Assembly: GCA_937891975.1 (NCBI GenBank)
Contig: CALAUA010000015.1
Span: forward strand, 145,378 to 209,377
Direction of reading: 5' to 3'
DNA from: an uncultured Bacteroidales bacterium
GTDB lineage: Bacteria; Bacteroidota; Bacteroidia; Bacteroidales; Paludibacteraceae
DNA: 64,000 nucleotides
In this document: one piece after another, positions 40,912-51,334 of the stretch
How positions within the stretch are numbered: position 1 is the stretch's first letter
Layout of the letters: each line of letters begins with the position of its first letter
The notes under the pieces: model-generated
What the model was told of the DNA's origin: nothing
What the model saw: only the letters and a program-made list of their open reading frames with translations
Databases searched by the model: none
Made by a program: the position numbers and the translations under genes

Positions 40912-42078
40912 TTATTGTGCTAACCATAGACTAGGATTGAGTATGGAGCGATCTTTGTATATTTGGAAATATAGTTCCGTTTTATTATCTTCACTAGCAT
41001 CGGTGAATATTGTTCCGATGTTTTGTTTTGCCTTTACCTTGTCGCCTTGTTTGACGTTGATGGATTTGAGTGGCGAATAGACGCTACGGTAGTTACCATG
41101 TTGGATAATCACAGCATAGTTACCATTCATTTGTGCGCACCATGTTACTTCTCCTTCATATACGGCTCGAGCAGCGGCACCACTAACAGTTTGCAGGTAT
41201 ATGCCTTTGTTATCAATGGTCACGTGTTCGTGTAGGGGGTGCTGGTGTTTGCCAAAATGTCCACTGATGTATCCTTTCTCTACAGGCCAAGGCATGCGCC
41301 CTTGATTGGCTTCAAAACCACCTGCAATGAGTTGTTGCTCCTTGGTTAAAGTGGTAGTCGTTCGCACTTGTTTGGCAATCAGTTCTTCAATTTGCTTGTT
41401 GAGTGCATCTGCTTTTTTCTGTTGTGCTTTTTGTTGTGCGAGCAAGTCTTTTTCTTTTTTCTTGAGTGATTGTAGCATATTCTTTTGTTTGCGCTCATCA
41501 CTAGTGAGTTTATCTTGTTCGCGTTTTTGATTTTTCAAAGCAACAGCGCGATCGTTGCGTCGTTGCTCAAGCAGGTTGTTTTGTATGTCTATGTCCGTCT
41601 GTAGTTGTTCTATTTGTCGTACTTGTTCTTTGCGATAGGTAGCAAACTCTTGCATATATCTCACACGCCGAGTGAGCTGCTGAAAGTTTTGCGAAGATAG
41701 GATAAATAGTAAAGGCGACTGCTGCATATCTGCATAGTGCGTTTCTCGAATCAAGCGAGCATAGTCTTGTTTGCAGTCTTCTAGCTTATCTTGCAAACTT
41801 TGTCGTTTGGAGCGCAACTGTCCCATCTCGTTATTCAGACCAGAAATTTCTGATTGGATATTGCGGATGAGTTTTTTTCGCGTTTTAATATCGTTGTTGA
41901 GCAGATTGAGTTTGTTGACAGTAGCAGTCTCATTTTGTTTGGTTTGCTTGAGCATTTTCTGTGTCTGCTCTAGTTGCTGCTGGAGTTCGCGTTGCTGCTT
42001 CTGCAGTTCTTTTACACTTTGTGCAGGCAATGCTAATACCATCAGTAAGGTGATATATATGACAATGATTCGTTTCAT
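40912..42078 (-). CDS. M23/LytM-family peptidase with an N-terminal coiled coil (EnvC-like)
   Basis: Long Q/K/E-rich coiled coil, then GIYLQT..GAAARAVYEGEVTW...GNYAVIIQHGNYRSVYSPL. Confidence 0.8.
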   Translation of the reverse strand: MKRIIVIYITLLMVLALPAQSVKELQKQQRELQQQLEQTQKMLKQTKQNETATVNKLNLLNNDIKTRKKLIRNIQSEISGLNNEMGQLRSKRQSLQDKLEDCKQDYARLIRETHYADMQQSPLLFILSSQNFQQLTRRVRYMQEFATYRKEQVRQIEQLQTDIDIQNNLLEQRRNDRAVALKNQKREQDKLTSDERKQKNMLQSLKKKEKDLLAQQKAQQKKADALNKQIEELIAKQVRTTTTLTKEQQLIAGGFEANQGRMPWPVEKGYISGHFGKHQHPLHEHVTIDNKGIYLQTVSGAAARAVYEGEVTWCAQMNGNYAVIIQHGNYRSVYSPLKSINVKQGDKVKAKQNIGTIFTDASEDNKTELYFQIYKDRSILNPSLWLAQ

Positions 42079-42611
42079 AAAGGTAATATGTCACGCAGTG
42101 AAATGTGTTTATATTTCTGTGTATCTAAACGTTTGGGTACTTTTAGTGAATTGTACTCGCGCTGGCTGAAAGTGCAATCAATAGATAATTGGTGTCCTCC
42201 AATGCGAAAACTTCGTTCGCTTTTGGCTTGGATTTTTGGTGTAGTAGGTACGGTCATAAACTCTTGTATCATTTTGAATGATGGGGTAGGATGGATTGCC
42301 GTTGTTGACGCATCACTAAAATTGATAGTTGTATAACGACGATTCATCTTATCGAAAATCAATACACTGTCTTGATTGACCTCTATGCGTACCATTTCAA
42401 TACCTAACATTGGTTGCAATGATATGATAATCAATTCATTTCGCCATAATTGTACGGTGCATCCCATCGTGTGTTGATGCTCATCTAACTGCATGCTGAC
42501 ATTGGCTTTTTGAGTCAATGTCTGGTAGCGGCGTGGTTCCACAGAGCGCGATGTGCTACATGATGAGAAGATTACGCTCAGCAGGAGCAATATGGGCAAT
42601 AGGCGCTTCAT
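42075..42611 (-). CDS. DUF4292-like lipoprotein
   Basis: ORF trimmed to MKRLLPILLLLSVIFSSC at 42611 (ATGA overlap with the upstream TPR gene). Sits in the usual TPR / DUF4292 / M23 gene order. Confidence 0.55.
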   Translation of the reverse strand: MKRLLPILLLLSVIFSSCSTSRSVEPRRYQTLTQKANVSMQLDEHQHTMGCTVQLWRNELIIISLQPMLGIEMVRIEVNQDSVLIFDKMNRRYTTINFSDASTTAIHPTPSFKMIQEFMTVPTTPKIQAKSERSFRIGGHQLSIDCTFSQREYNSLKVPKRLDTQKYKHISLRDILPL

Positions 42612-43579
42612 TGTTTCAGTTTCTTTAAAATGGCTTTGCGGTGTGTGGTTATCTCTTTTATCGTTTGTGGTGTAGCGCAATCCATAGCTCGTAAGATATA
42701 GAAATGTGCCGTTTCGTAGTCGCCCATTGTGTACATAATCCATGCGTAAGTGTCTAAGTATATAGGATTGCTAGGCTCTGCCATAATGGTAGTACGTGAT
42801 AGTTGTTCTGCACGGGTTAGATTTTGTTTTGCAAGGCATAGATGCCATGCAAGATTATTCATCAGCATTAAGTTACGGGGTTCGAAACGCAACAATGCTG
42901 TATAGGCTAATATCATTTTTTCCGGTGGCTGTTGCGTTTCTTCATAGAGTTGCGCGCGGAATACTTGAAACTGCATATTGTCGGGTTCTTCCTCAAGAAA
43001 ACGCTCCACTTCATAGATTGCCATTTTATTATTCTTCATCATAGCATTTAGACGATAGCGTTGCATCGCACTCATCGCAGTATAACCTGCGATAGAGTCC
43101 AGACGATCTTGCATATGGAGAGCCCTCTTATAATCTTTTACATGGATATATGCTCGTTGTAGCATGGCATGTACATCTTCGTCCTTAGGATTAGCCTTTG
43201 CGACTTTTTCTAAATCACGAATGGCGGTTTTCTCTTGCTTCTTATCCTTGCTTTGTAGTAAATACAGAGTATGTTGATACCAATAGGTGCTAGGTTCTAA
43301 AGCAAAAGCACGATGAAAATAATGTGCTGCTTTCTCTGATTGGTCAAACGCCTCCATGAATACTCCCATATAATAATTAACTGCAGCATCATTGGGCTTC
43401 AAGTCATGGCAAAACTGTACTAATTCCCAAGCTGGTGCAATCTCCTGCTTTTGAATTAGTCGCTGTGCTTCATAGAAATAGTAGAGAAACTGTTGGTCTT
43501 CTTCCACATTTCCCCATACTGTTCCTGTTGAGAACAGCATCAGAATACCGATTAATATTAATTTGCCGTTTTTGAACAC
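42608..43579 (-). CDS. Tetratricopeptide-repeat protein
   Basis: Signal peptide followed by repeated A..YY.G......A..YF..A TPR-like helices. Confidence 0.65.
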   Translation of the reverse strand: MFKNGKLILIGILMLFSTGTVWGNVEEDQQFLYYFYEAQRLIQKQEIAPAWELVQFCHDLKPNDAAVNYYMGVFMEAFDQSEKAAHYFHRAFALEPSTYWYQHTLYLLQSKDKKQEKTAIRDLEKVAKANPKDEDVHAMLQRAYIHVKDYKRALHMQDRLDSIAGYTAMSAMQRYRLNAMMKNNKMAIYEVERFLEEEPDNMQFQVFRAQLYEETQQPPEKMILAYTALLRFEPRNLMLMNNLAWHLCLAKQNLTRAEQLSRTTIMAEPSNPIYLDTYAWIMYTMGDYETAHFYILRAMDCATPQTIKEITTHRKAILKKLKQ

Positions 43580-43593
43580 TATATCTTAAACTC

Positions 43594-44028
43594 TTATTTC
43601 ACGCCGCTATGCCCAAAACCTCCAGCTCCGCGTTCGGTTTCCCCGAGAACCTTCACTTCTATCAATTCGGGTTGCTCATGCTTAGCAATCACCATCTGGC
43701 AAATGCGCTCTCCTGGTTCAATAGTTTGTGGTTCGCTGCTGAGGTTAATGAGAATCACTCCGATCTCGCCGCGATAATCGGCATCAATTGTTCCTGGGGT
43801 GTTCAATACCGTTAGTCCGCGTTTGAGTGCCAAACCGCTACGAGGACGAATCTGTGCTTCATAGCCCACGGGCAACTCAATGTACAAACCAGTTGGCAAT
43901 AGTTTGCGCTCTAATGGTTGCAAGGTAACTGGCTCTGCCAAATGGCAACGGATATCCATACCTGCTGCCTGCTCACTCTCGTAGCGTGGCAACGGATTGC
44001 AACTCTTATTGATAATTTTTATTTCCAT
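43594..44028 (-). CDS. dut: dUTP diphosphatase
   Basis: [47 protein letters not shown]. Confidence 0.95.
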   Translation of the reverse strand: MEIKIINKSCNPLPRYESEQAAGMDIRCHLAEPVTLQPLERKLLPTGLYIELPVGYEAQIRPRSGLALKRGLTVLNTPGTIDADYRGEIGVILINLSSEPQTIEPGERICQMVIAKHEQPELIEVKVLGETERGAGGFGHSGVK

Positions 44029-44032
44029 ATAT

Positions 44033-44911
44033 TTAAAATCTTTTTTTTACCAACACTTTTAAACCATCTTCTACAATCTTTACATGCAACTCTGCAGGCA
44101 TTGTCATAGGTGTACCATCAATATGCATTGGACCATCGCTGTTACGAGTTAGGGTTAATTCTTTTGTGCGGATGGTAGTCATGTATAACTTCTCATCTAT
44201 ATTTTTGGTGAACAAACTTAGTGCCAAACCTGCTGCTGCGACCATAGGGAACTCACTTACGATAGCTACATCTAACCATCCATCTTGTACACTTGCTTTA
44301 GGAGCGATATACGCATCGTATCCCCATTGTCCAGCATTAGCAAAGTTTACCAAGAATGCAGTTGTTGTTTGGTTGATACCATTTCCAGTTATGTGATACG
44401 TTTCGGGCTTGTATTGGAATAAATCTTTGAAAATGCTTTGAAGGTATCCCTTGAATCCACGACTACTGTCGGAGAAATCGTGTGCTACTACAGCATCAAA
44501 ACCTACACCACAGGTTGAGAAAAATGGTATGTTGTTCACCATTCCGTAGTCCACGTTGATTACCTCGCTGCTATTCAGCATCTCTATGGCACGATTCATA
44601 CGAGTAGAGATCTCTAGGTGACGAGCAAAACCGTTGCCACTACCATTGGGAATAATACCGAGTGCTGTGTTTGTGCCAATAAGCCCAGTTGCCACTTCAT
44701 TTACCGTTCCATCGCCACCTACTGCTACTACCGCATAATAGTCTTGCATGGCAAATTGTTGTGCTAGCTGAGTCGCATGACCGGCATACTCGGTGACTAC
44801 CACTGTGGGAGCAAATAGTTGCGGGTCTAGTAACTCTCGAATCAATTTTGCCACACGGTTTTTGGCTTTAGTACCTGAAACAGGGTTTACGATAAATGCT
44901 ATATTTTTCAT
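44033..44911 (-). CDS. Diacylglycerol/lipid kinase family protein (YegS-like)
   Basis: [33 protein letters not shown]. Confidence 0.85.
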   Translation of the reverse strand: MKNIAFIVNPVSGTKAKNRVAKLIRELLDPQLFAPTVVVTEYAGHATQLAQQFAMQDYYAVVAVGGDGTVNEVATGLIGTNTALGIIPNGSGNGFARHLEISTRMNRAIEMLNSSEVINVDYGMVNNIPFFSTCGVGFDAVVAHDFSDSSRGFKGYLQSIFKDLFQYKPETYHITGNGINQTTTAFLVNFANAGQWGYDAYIAPKASVQDGWLDVAIVSEFPMVAAAGLALSLFTKNIDEKLYMTTIRTKELTLTRNSDGPMHIDGTPMTMPAELHVKIVEDGLKVLVKKRF

Positions 44912-44951
44912 CTTTTACATATGTTAGACAATTTTACGCCAAAGTAACGCG

Positions 44952-44959
44952 CAAAGGTA
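44952..44959 (-). promoter_or_regulatory. -7 box (TACCTTTG on the minus strand)
   Basis: CAAAGGTA 40 nt upstream of the start at 44911. Confidence 0.5.
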
Positions 44960-45063
44960 CAAAAAAAAAATGATATTACAAAATATCTTTGACTATTTAG
45001 TCAAAATATATTATAATCTGCGTAAAACACTTGGTTCCTATTGCTTGTATGATATATTTTGTT

Positions 45064-45071
45064 TACCTTTG
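45064..45071 (+). promoter_or_regulatory. -7 box TACCTTTG
   Basis: 31 nt upstream of the ATG at 45103. Confidence 0.5.
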
Positions 45072-45102
45072 CAAACAAATTTTCATATTGCCATTTATAA
45101 CC

Positions 45103-46440
45103 ATGTTTACACCATCTGACTTGACCCAACTTGAGGCGCGTGGCATTTCTGTAGAGAAAGCCGAAAAGCAACTCCAGTCATTCGCAACTGGTTTCCCAGA
45201 ATTAGACATTGTTTCAGCCGCTTCGGTTGGAAACGGAGTCCTTAACCCATCTGAAGAAGAAATCGATGCCTACGTAAAGGCGTGGCAAGATTATCTTGAT
45301 GAGGGGCATACCGTCCTAAAGTTCGTACCAGCTAGTGGAGCGGCAAGCCGCATGTTTAAAAACTTGTTTGAGTACTTAGAAGATGGCAAAAAGACCGATT
45401 TCATCGAGAAATTCTTGTCGGAAAAAGACCATTTTGCCTTTGGTCCTCAACTTGCTAATCTAGACGAACAAGCCGCCGTCTCTCATTTGCTCAAAGATAT
45501 GAACTATGGCAACCTACCTAAGGGCTTGCTACTCTTCCATTCTTACGAAGATGGTCCTCGTACTCCAGCACTAGAGCATCTTGTAGAAGGGGCAATGTAC
45601 GCAGCTTCTAAGGGAGAAGTAAATATTCACTTCACAGTTAGCCACGAGCATCTGCCTCTGTTCCAAGCACATATTGCAGAAAACCTATCTGCATACGAAG
45701 CGAAATTAGGTGTTAAGTTTCACGTATCCTACTCTGAACAAAAGCCTTCTACCGATACACTGGCTGCTAATCCCGATGGCACACCATTCCGTACTGCAGA
45801 TGGCAAGTTGCTTTTCCGTCCGGGGGGACATGGTGCATTGATTGAAAACCTCAATGAGCAATCGGCAGACATCATATTCATCAAGAATATTGACAATGTA
45901 GTGCCAGACCGCCTCAAAGGCGATACCGTTCGCTACAAGCAACTGCTTGCAGGTGTATTAGTTACAGAGCAAAAGAAAGTATTTGAGAAATTGCAAGATC
46001 CTAATCTCAGTGCAGAGGAACGTGCTCGTTTAGCTCGTCCATTGCGTGTGTGCGGCGTGGTTAAGAATACAGGTGAGCCTGGTGGTGGTCCTTTCCTTGT
46101 GCGTGAAGAGGATGGTAGTATCTCTTGCCAAATTTTAGAGTCTAGCCAAATCTCTGACCCTGCACTTATGCAACAAGCTACCCACTTCAACCCTGTGGAT
46201 CTCGTGTGTGCTACCCGCGACGTGGAGGGCAAACCATTCTATTTGCCTGACTTTGTAGATGAGAAGACGGGCTTTATCTCGCATAAGTCCAAAGACGGTA
46301 AGGAACTGTTGGCATTGGAGTTGCCAGGGTTATGGAATGGTACAATGAGTCGTTGGAATACCATCTTCGTAGAAGTACCCGTATCCACCTTCAATCCTGT
46401 GAAGACGGTGAATGATTTACTACGTGCAGAACATCAATAA
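45103..46440 (+). CDS. DUF4301 family protein
   Basis: ORF trimmed to MFTPSDLTQLEARGISVEKAEKQLQSFATGFP at 45103. This N-terminus is characteristic of DUF4301 as I recall it. Confidence 0.65.
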   Translation: MFTPSDLTQLEARGISVEKAEKQLQSFATGFPELDIVSAASVGNGVLNPSEEEIDAYVKAWQDYLDEGHTVLKFVPASGAASRMFKNLFEYLEDGKKTDFIEKFLSEKDHFAFGPQLANLDEQAAVSHLLKDMNYGNLPKGLLLFHSYEDGPRTPALEHLVEGAMYAASKGEVNIHFTVSHEHLPLFQAHIAENLSAYEAKLGVKFHVSYSEQKPSTDTLAANPDGTPFRTADGKLLFRPGGHGALIENLNEQSADIIFIKNIDNVVPDRLKGDTVRYKQLLAGVLVTEQKKVFEKLQDPNLSAEERARLARPLRVCGVVKNTGEPGGGPFLVREEDGSISCQILESSQISDPALMQQATHFNPVDLVCATRDVEGKPFYLPDFVDEKTGFISHKSKDGKELLALELPGLWNGTMSRWNTIFVEVPVSTFNPVKTVNDLLRAEHQ

Positions 46441-47111
46441 TGACTGTAGATAAAGCATATTTTTTTGACATGGATGGGGTGTTGTTTGATTCAATGCCCC
46501 ATCATGCTATTGCTTGGGAAGAGGTAATGAAAATACACGATTTGCCGTTTACGGCCTACGATTGTTATATCAATGAAGGTCGTACAGGCGAGTCTGTAAT
46601 CCGTGAGGCATTTCAAAAGGCACTTGGTAGAGATGCTACTCCTGACGAAGTAAAAACAATATATGCGGAGAAATCTGCATACTATCATCAACTATTAAAG
46701 ACCACAACTCCTACAATCCCTGGTGTGGCTGATGTACTACAGTATGTAAAGAATAGCGGTAGTCAGATTTGGGTTGTTACTGGATCTGGTATGCGAATAC
46801 TACTGGATAGCCTAAATACCGTATTCCCATCTGTCTTTCAGCAAGATAGAATGATAACTGCTTTTGATGTCACACGTGGTAAACCTGATCCTGAACCCTA
46901 TCTAAAAGCATGGGAGCGCTCTGGACTCCCAAAAGAGAAATGTTTTGTCATCGAAAATGCACCTTTAGGTATTCGTTCTGGTAAGGCGGCAGGACTAACC
47001 GTTTATGCAGTGAATACAGGTATTCTTACGCGCGGAGACTTGATTGATGCAGGGGCAGATGAGGTGTTCAATTCAATGAAAGAATTGCTTGTTTTCTTGC
47101 AAGTACAATAA
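46440..47111 (+). CDS. HAD-superfamily hydrolase (beta-phosphoglucomutase-like)
   Basis: Motif I FFDMDGVLFDS, motif II VTGSG, motif IV ENAPLGIRSGKAAG. Confidence 0.8.
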   Translation: MTVDKAYFFDMDGVLFDSMPHHAIAWEEVMKIHDLPFTAYDCYINEGRTGESVIREAFQKALGRDATPDEVKTIYAEKSAYYHQLLKTTTPTIPGVADVLQYVKNSGSQIWVVTGSGMRILLDSLNTVFPSVFQQDRMITAFDVTRGKPDPEPYLKAWERSGLPKEKCFVIENAPLGIRSGKAAGLTVYAVNTGILTRGDLIDAGADEVFNSMKELLVFLQVQ

Positions 47112-47118
47112 GTGACTA

Positions 47119-47916
47119 CTACTCTTTTCGGAAAATATCTTCGGGATATTCTACATGCGTGAGAAATAGCCCTTCAGCAGGGGCTGAGTCGCCTGCTGCG
47201 CAGCGGTTGTGCTGCGTGATGACCTCGGCAAACTGCTCCTTAGTCATCTTACCACGACCGACTTCAAACAATGTACCTACTACCGCACGCACCATATTAC
47301 GCAGAAAACGGTCAGCAGCGATAGTGAATACGGCGTGTCCGTTGCCCAATTCTTTCCACTCAGCACGCGTAAGGTCGCAAATCGTGGTCTTGACATCCGT
47401 ATTCGTGCGGCAGAAAGAAGCAAAATCCTGTTTGCCAATCAACAATTGTGCTGCCTCATTCATCGCTGCGAAGTCCAATCCTGGGCGTACACGCGTGGCT
47501 TGTGTACAAAGGAAAGGGTCTTTGTGATCAATGATATGATATTCGTATGTACGACGCACTGCATCAAAGCGTGCATGCGCATCATCCCTCACAGGGTAAA
47601 CATCAAAGACTGCGATAGAATCGGGCAAAATGCCGTTGAGGCGGAAGACCAAATTAGGGGGTATAGGACGCACTATTGGGCTATTGGACGGTGTTCCGCC
47701 TATTGGATATTGGCTATTGGGTAAATCAAAATGCGCATACATCTCGCGGGCATGTACACCTGCGTCGGTGCGACCAGCAAAAGTGAACGGTACCTCCTCA
47801 CGGAAAATCATAGCCAACGCCTGTTCCATAGTTTCCTGAACAGTCACGCCATTAGGCTGGCGTTGCGAGCCATGAAAGGCAGTACCATCATATGCAAAGC
47901 GGAGGAAATAGCGCAT
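47119..47916 (-). CDS. truA: tRNA pseudouridine(38-40) synthase TruA
   Basis: RYFLRFAYDGTAFHGSQRQPNG, AGRTDAGVHA, RFLRNMVRAVVGTL. Confidence 0.9.
   Translation of the reverse strand: MRYFLRFAYDGTAFHGSQRQPNGVTVQETMEQALAMIFREEVPFTFAGRTDAGVHAREMYAHFDLPNSQYPIGGTPSNSPIVRPIPPNLVFRLNGILPDSIAVFDVYPVRDDAHARFDAVRRTYEYHIIDHKDPFLCTQATRVRPGLDFAAMNEAAQLLIGKQDFASFCRTNTDVKTTICDLTRAEWKELGNGHAVFTIAADRFLRNMVRAVVGTLFEVGRGKMTKEQFAEVITQHNRCAAGDSAPAEGLFLTHVEYPEDIFRKE
47660..47721. repeat. D-word block inside the truA CDS
   Basis: ctattgggctattggacggtgttccgcctattggatattggctattgg encodes NSQYPIGGTPSNSPIV. Shares about 30 nt with the U32 insert. Confidence 0.85.
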
Positions 47917-47919
47917 GTT

Positions 47920-47957
47920 CTGTTTAGTGGACGCCCTAAAGGGCTACTGTTTAGTGA
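47920..47957. repeat. B-word / hairpin / B-word composite element (copy 3)
   Basis: ctgtttagtggac-gccc-taaa-gggc-tactgtttagtga. Fills the flippase / truA junction and encodes the flippase C-terminus ITKQ and its stop. Confidence 0.85.
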
Positions 47958-49461
47958 TTAATGACTGGATTTGCTGGTTGATTTCGGGAGAGAGGTTTTT
48001 GAACCATGCTACGGCGCAACCTCCTCCGATAAGTACTAAGGAACGAACGATACTACTAAACCATATATTATTGATAGGCAAGTACTTCTGCCATAGGAAA
48101 TTCAAATTAAGTATCACCACAATCAGCAGCAGAATCTTCAGATGTTGGCGCGTGAAAGTTGGCGCATGAAGCGTGTAACGAACTGTCAATGTGATAAATA
48201 GAAAATATATTGCGTAGGCTATGAGATTGCTCACGGCTGCTCCATTCATGCCGAAATGAGGAATGAGAAGATTATTGAGCAATATGGACAAGGTGGTTAG
48301 GATAAACGAAAACAATAGCGAGAAAGCGTAAAAACGCGAATAGTTGAGGGCGGAAGAGGTAAACGTACATACCGCAATAAACAATTGGCTTGTTGCTAAC
48401 ATCAATACCACTTGACGGGCTGAGGCATAGGTCTCGCCATTGGGTAGTATATGGAAAATGAGGTCGATATTTAGCCAAATTACACAAAGGATGATTCCGC
48501 CTATAAGTAGCAATGTACTACTGACTTGCTGTATGAGGTGGGCCGTCTCGTGTTGGTTGTTCTCTTTGATAGCAGTCGCCAACTGTGGTGCCGCAATTGC
48601 AGCCATCGAACGATAAGGGATACTGACCATCACGGCGATATAGGTGGCGATGGCGAAGATGCCCGTATAAGCAAGACCCATCTCGGCAGTGATAAAGAAA
48701 GATGAAAGAGTAGGGGCTAACACCGAAGCTACTGCGGAAATAAGTAGGAAGCCCGTATAAAGCAAGTATTGTCGCACCAATGAGCGATTGTTGCGTAAGA
48801 AGTTCCAATCTGGGCGCAAAGAAATTTCGCCCAGCGAAAAGAGATAGCCCATATTGCAGAACATCGCCACGGCATACACGCTGCATAATGCCACTACAAA
48901 ACCATTGATATCCACTACGCGGAATGCGTAGAGTAGGTAGGCAACGAGCAATCCAATGCGAGTGATGAGTTCGCGCACGGCACGAGGCACTACAATGCGC
49001 ATACGCACGTTGGCATTGGTCTCGAAAACAGTCTGATAGAGCATGAAGAATGCCATAGGTAGCACCATATAGTAGTACTCTACAAACAGAGGCGATTTCT
49101 CGCCAAACCATTGGCTAAGTGGTTCGTGGCATGCGCAATACACTGCGGTAAAGAGTGCGAAGCCAATGAGTGGCACAATTAGTGTCCAGAAAAAGAAACC
49201 GTGGTCAGAGTTCTTGCCTATAACCTCCAATCTTTCGTCTTTCGCCTTAAAGTGTGGATAGAAGCGGATGATGGAGGACGAAGTACCGAGTTGGGCAAGT
49301 CCGATAAAGAGTGTAGCAGCATCCACCAATACGCGTGCCAAACCAATCTCCTCAGCCGAGAGGAAACGCGTCAGCACAAAGAACGTAGTAACAAAGCCCA
49401 CCGCCACCCCAAGATAGGTGACGATGGTGCCTTGAATACTTTGTTTGGCGATGATGCCCAT
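47944..49461 (-). CDS. MOP-superfamily polysaccharide/oligosaccharide flippase
   Basis: 505 aa, about 14 predicted hydrophobic helices, typical Wzx-like N-terminus. Confidence 0.65.
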   Translation of the reverse strand: MGIIAKQSIQGTIVTYLGVAVGFVTTFFVLTRFLSAEEIGLARVLVDAATLFIGLAQLGTSSSIIRFYPHFKAKDERLEVIGKNSDHGFFFWTLIVPLIGFALFTAVYCACHEPLSQWFGEKSPLFVEYYYMVLPMAFFMLYQTVFETNANVRMRIVVPRAVRELITRIGLLVAYLLYAFRVVDINGFVVALCSVYAVAMFCNMGYLFSLGEISLRPDWNFLRNNRSLVRQYLLYTGFLLISAVASVLAPTLSSFFITAEMGLAYTGIFAIATYIAVMVSIPYRSMAAIAAPQLATAIKENNQHETAHLIQQVSSTLLLIGGIILCVIWLNIDLIFHILPNGETYASARQVVLMLATSQLFIAVCTFTSSALNYSRFYAFSLLFSFILTTLSILLNNLLIPHFGMNGAAVSNLIAYAIYFLFITLTVRYTLHAPTFTRQHLKILLLIVVILNLNFLWQKYLPINNIWFSSIVRSLVLIGGGCAVAWFKNLSPEINQQIQSLITKQ

Positions 49462-49464
49462 AAT

Positions 49465-50718
49465 CTACTTCTCGATTTCAAGCAACTCAACTTCGAAAAT
49501 AAGGGTAGAGTATGGAGGGATAGAACCTGCTTGTTGTGCGCCGTAACCCAACTCTTGTGGGATATAGAAGCGGAACTTGCTGCCAACAGGCATGAGTTGT
49601 ACGCCTTCGGTCCAACCTTTGATTACTTGGTTCAAACCAAATACGATAGGTTCGCCACGATCTACACTGCTGTCGAATACAGTACCGTCGATGAGGGTAC
49701 CATGATAGTGTACTTTAACGCGATCTGTAGCAGCAGGTTTTTTGCCTTTACCCATCTTGATTACCTCATATTGAAGACCACTCTCGGTAACTTTTACGCC
49801 TTCTTTGAGTGCGTTTTCAGCCAAGAACTTCTCACCATCTTCTTTCACAGTACCGTATTTGATATTGTTCATTGTTGTTTGGATATACTCGCCTGCTTGT
49901 TCGCCAGTCATGGTGGTGTCACCGAGTAAGCCGTTGATGAAACCTTGCTTGATAAGAGCAAAATCAGTAGCCAAACTTGGTTCGCCAATTAAGCCTTGAG
50001 CCTCTTGTGATTTGATGTTTTTACCGATTTGTTCACCCATATTTACGATTTGTGGATTTTTAACGGTACTCTTCAGACCTTTGTTGATATAGGTGATAAA
50101 ATCTTTAGTCATTTGCCCAGTAGTGTCCATGAGCAATACGTAGCGAGCTACTTCGTCACCATTAAGATAACCAAATGCGTAGTTGATACTATCGTTTTGG
50201 TTTTTCAATTCAATGGTCTTTACTTTGTAGATGCATTTGCCTTTTACGACTTTGCCCATCTCTAAGCTATCGTTGATGGTAGCAGAAGCTTGGTATTGTG
50301 CTTGGAAGTAGTTGCGTGCATCTTCTGCTTTCATCATAGTAGTGTCATGGCGTAAGCCGTTTACCAATCCTTGGAAGAACACTTTTTGGTTGATAGCCCA
50401 TGCAGGATTGTCTGCTAAACCAGTTTTCTCTGCGTTCTTGATAGCTTGACCAATATTTTTACCGATGTTAGCTGCTTCGCTCAATTCTTCTATTTTGCCA
50501 TCGTAACCACGTTGTAGTGCATCGATAAACTCAGTAATGGTTTCAATAGAAGAATCGTTGCGTAATTGATACATTTTCATTTGTGCACCATTCACTACGC
50601 CAAGAGCATAGTTCATACTGTCGTTTTGGTTAGTGAGGGCAACTTTTTCTATTTGATAAGTGTTGCCACATGAAATCATTGCCATTGCAGCAATGAGAAG
50701 AATAGATACTTTTTTCAT
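49465..50718 (-). CDS. FKBP-type peptidyl-prolyl isomerase lipoprotein with duplicated N-terminal domains
   Basis: ORF trimmed to MKKVSILLIAAMAMISC. C-terminus GLQYEVIKMGKG...VKVHYHGTLIDGTVFDSS...IPPYSTLIFEVELL. Confidence 0.8.
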   Translation of the reverse strand: MKKVSILLIAAMAMISCGNTYQIEKVALTNQNDSMNYALGVVNGAQMKMYQLRNDSSIETITEFIDALQRGYDGKIEELSEAANIGKNIGQAIKNAEKTGLADNPAWAINQKVFFQGLVNGLRHDTTMMKAEDARNYFQAQYQASATINDSLEMGKVVKGKCIYKVKTIELKNQNDSINYAFGYLNGDEVARYVLLMDTTGQMTKDFITYINKGLKSTVKNPQIVNMGEQIGKNIKSQEAQGLIGEPSLATDFALIKQGFINGLLGDTTMTGEQAGEYIQTTMNNIKYGTVKEDGEKFLAENALKEGVKVTESGLQYEVIKMGKGKKPAATDRVKVHYHGTLIDGTVFDSSVDRGEPIVFGLNQVIKGWTEGVQLMPVGSKFRFYIPQELGYGAQQAGSIPPYSTLIFEVELLEIEK

Positions 50719-50743
50719 TGTTAATTGTATATTTAGTTGATTA

Positions 50744-51328
50744 TTATTCAATTCCTAGCAACTCTACGGTGAAGATTAATGCTGCGTATGGAGGAATGTT
50801 GGCTCCTGCACCGCGCTCGCCGTATGCCAGTTGGTATGGCAAGTAGAGTTTGTATTTGCTACCGATAGACATGAGTTGCAGACCCTCTGTCCAACCTTTG
50901 ATGACTTGGTTGAGACCAAAAGTGATGCTCTCGCCGCGCTTGTAGCTGCTATCGAAGACAGTGCCATCGATGAGGGTACCTTCGTAGTGTACACGTACTT
51001 TGTCGGTTGCTTTAGGTTTTTGTCCGATAGTTGCTTCCAATACTTCGTATTGCAAACCGCTTTCGGTTACTTTCACACCTTCGCGCTTAGCGTTCTCTGC
51101 GAGGAATGCCTCGCCTGCTGCTTTGGCTTCGCCTGCGATTTTTGCTTCGAGTTCGCTAAAGAACTTACCCAACACTTGTTGAGCCTCTTGATAAGAAATT
51201 TGTGGTTGGTTTTTCTCTAATACATCTTTGATACCTGCTGCCAAATCAGCATATTCGAGGGAAGTAACGCCACTTCCCATCAGATTCTGACCCATGCTAA
51301 GGCCAATTGCATAACTAATTTTATCCAT
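50744..51328 (-). CDS. FKBP-type peptidyl-prolyl isomerase (FklB-like)
   Basis: GLQYEVLEATIG...VRVHYEGTLIDGTVFDSS...IPPYAALIFTVELL. Confidence 0.85.
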   Translation of the reverse strand: MDKISYAIGLSMGQNLMGSGVTSLEYADLAAGIKDVLEKNQPQISYQEAQQVLGKFFSELEAKIAGEAKAAGEAFLAENAKREGVKVTESGLQYEVLEATIGQKPKATDKVRVHYEGTLIDGTVFDSSYKRGESITFGLNQVIKGWTEGLQLMSIGSKYKLYLPYQLAYGERGAGANIPPYAALIFTVELLGIE

Positions 51329-51334
51329 TTCTTG

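Noticed and set aside
40392-51328. Three FKBP-type isomerase genes in the window as a possible special system.
   Set aside because: Multiple periplasmic FKBP/Mip paralogues are normal in Bacteroidota, and the genes are in ordinary housekeeping strings.
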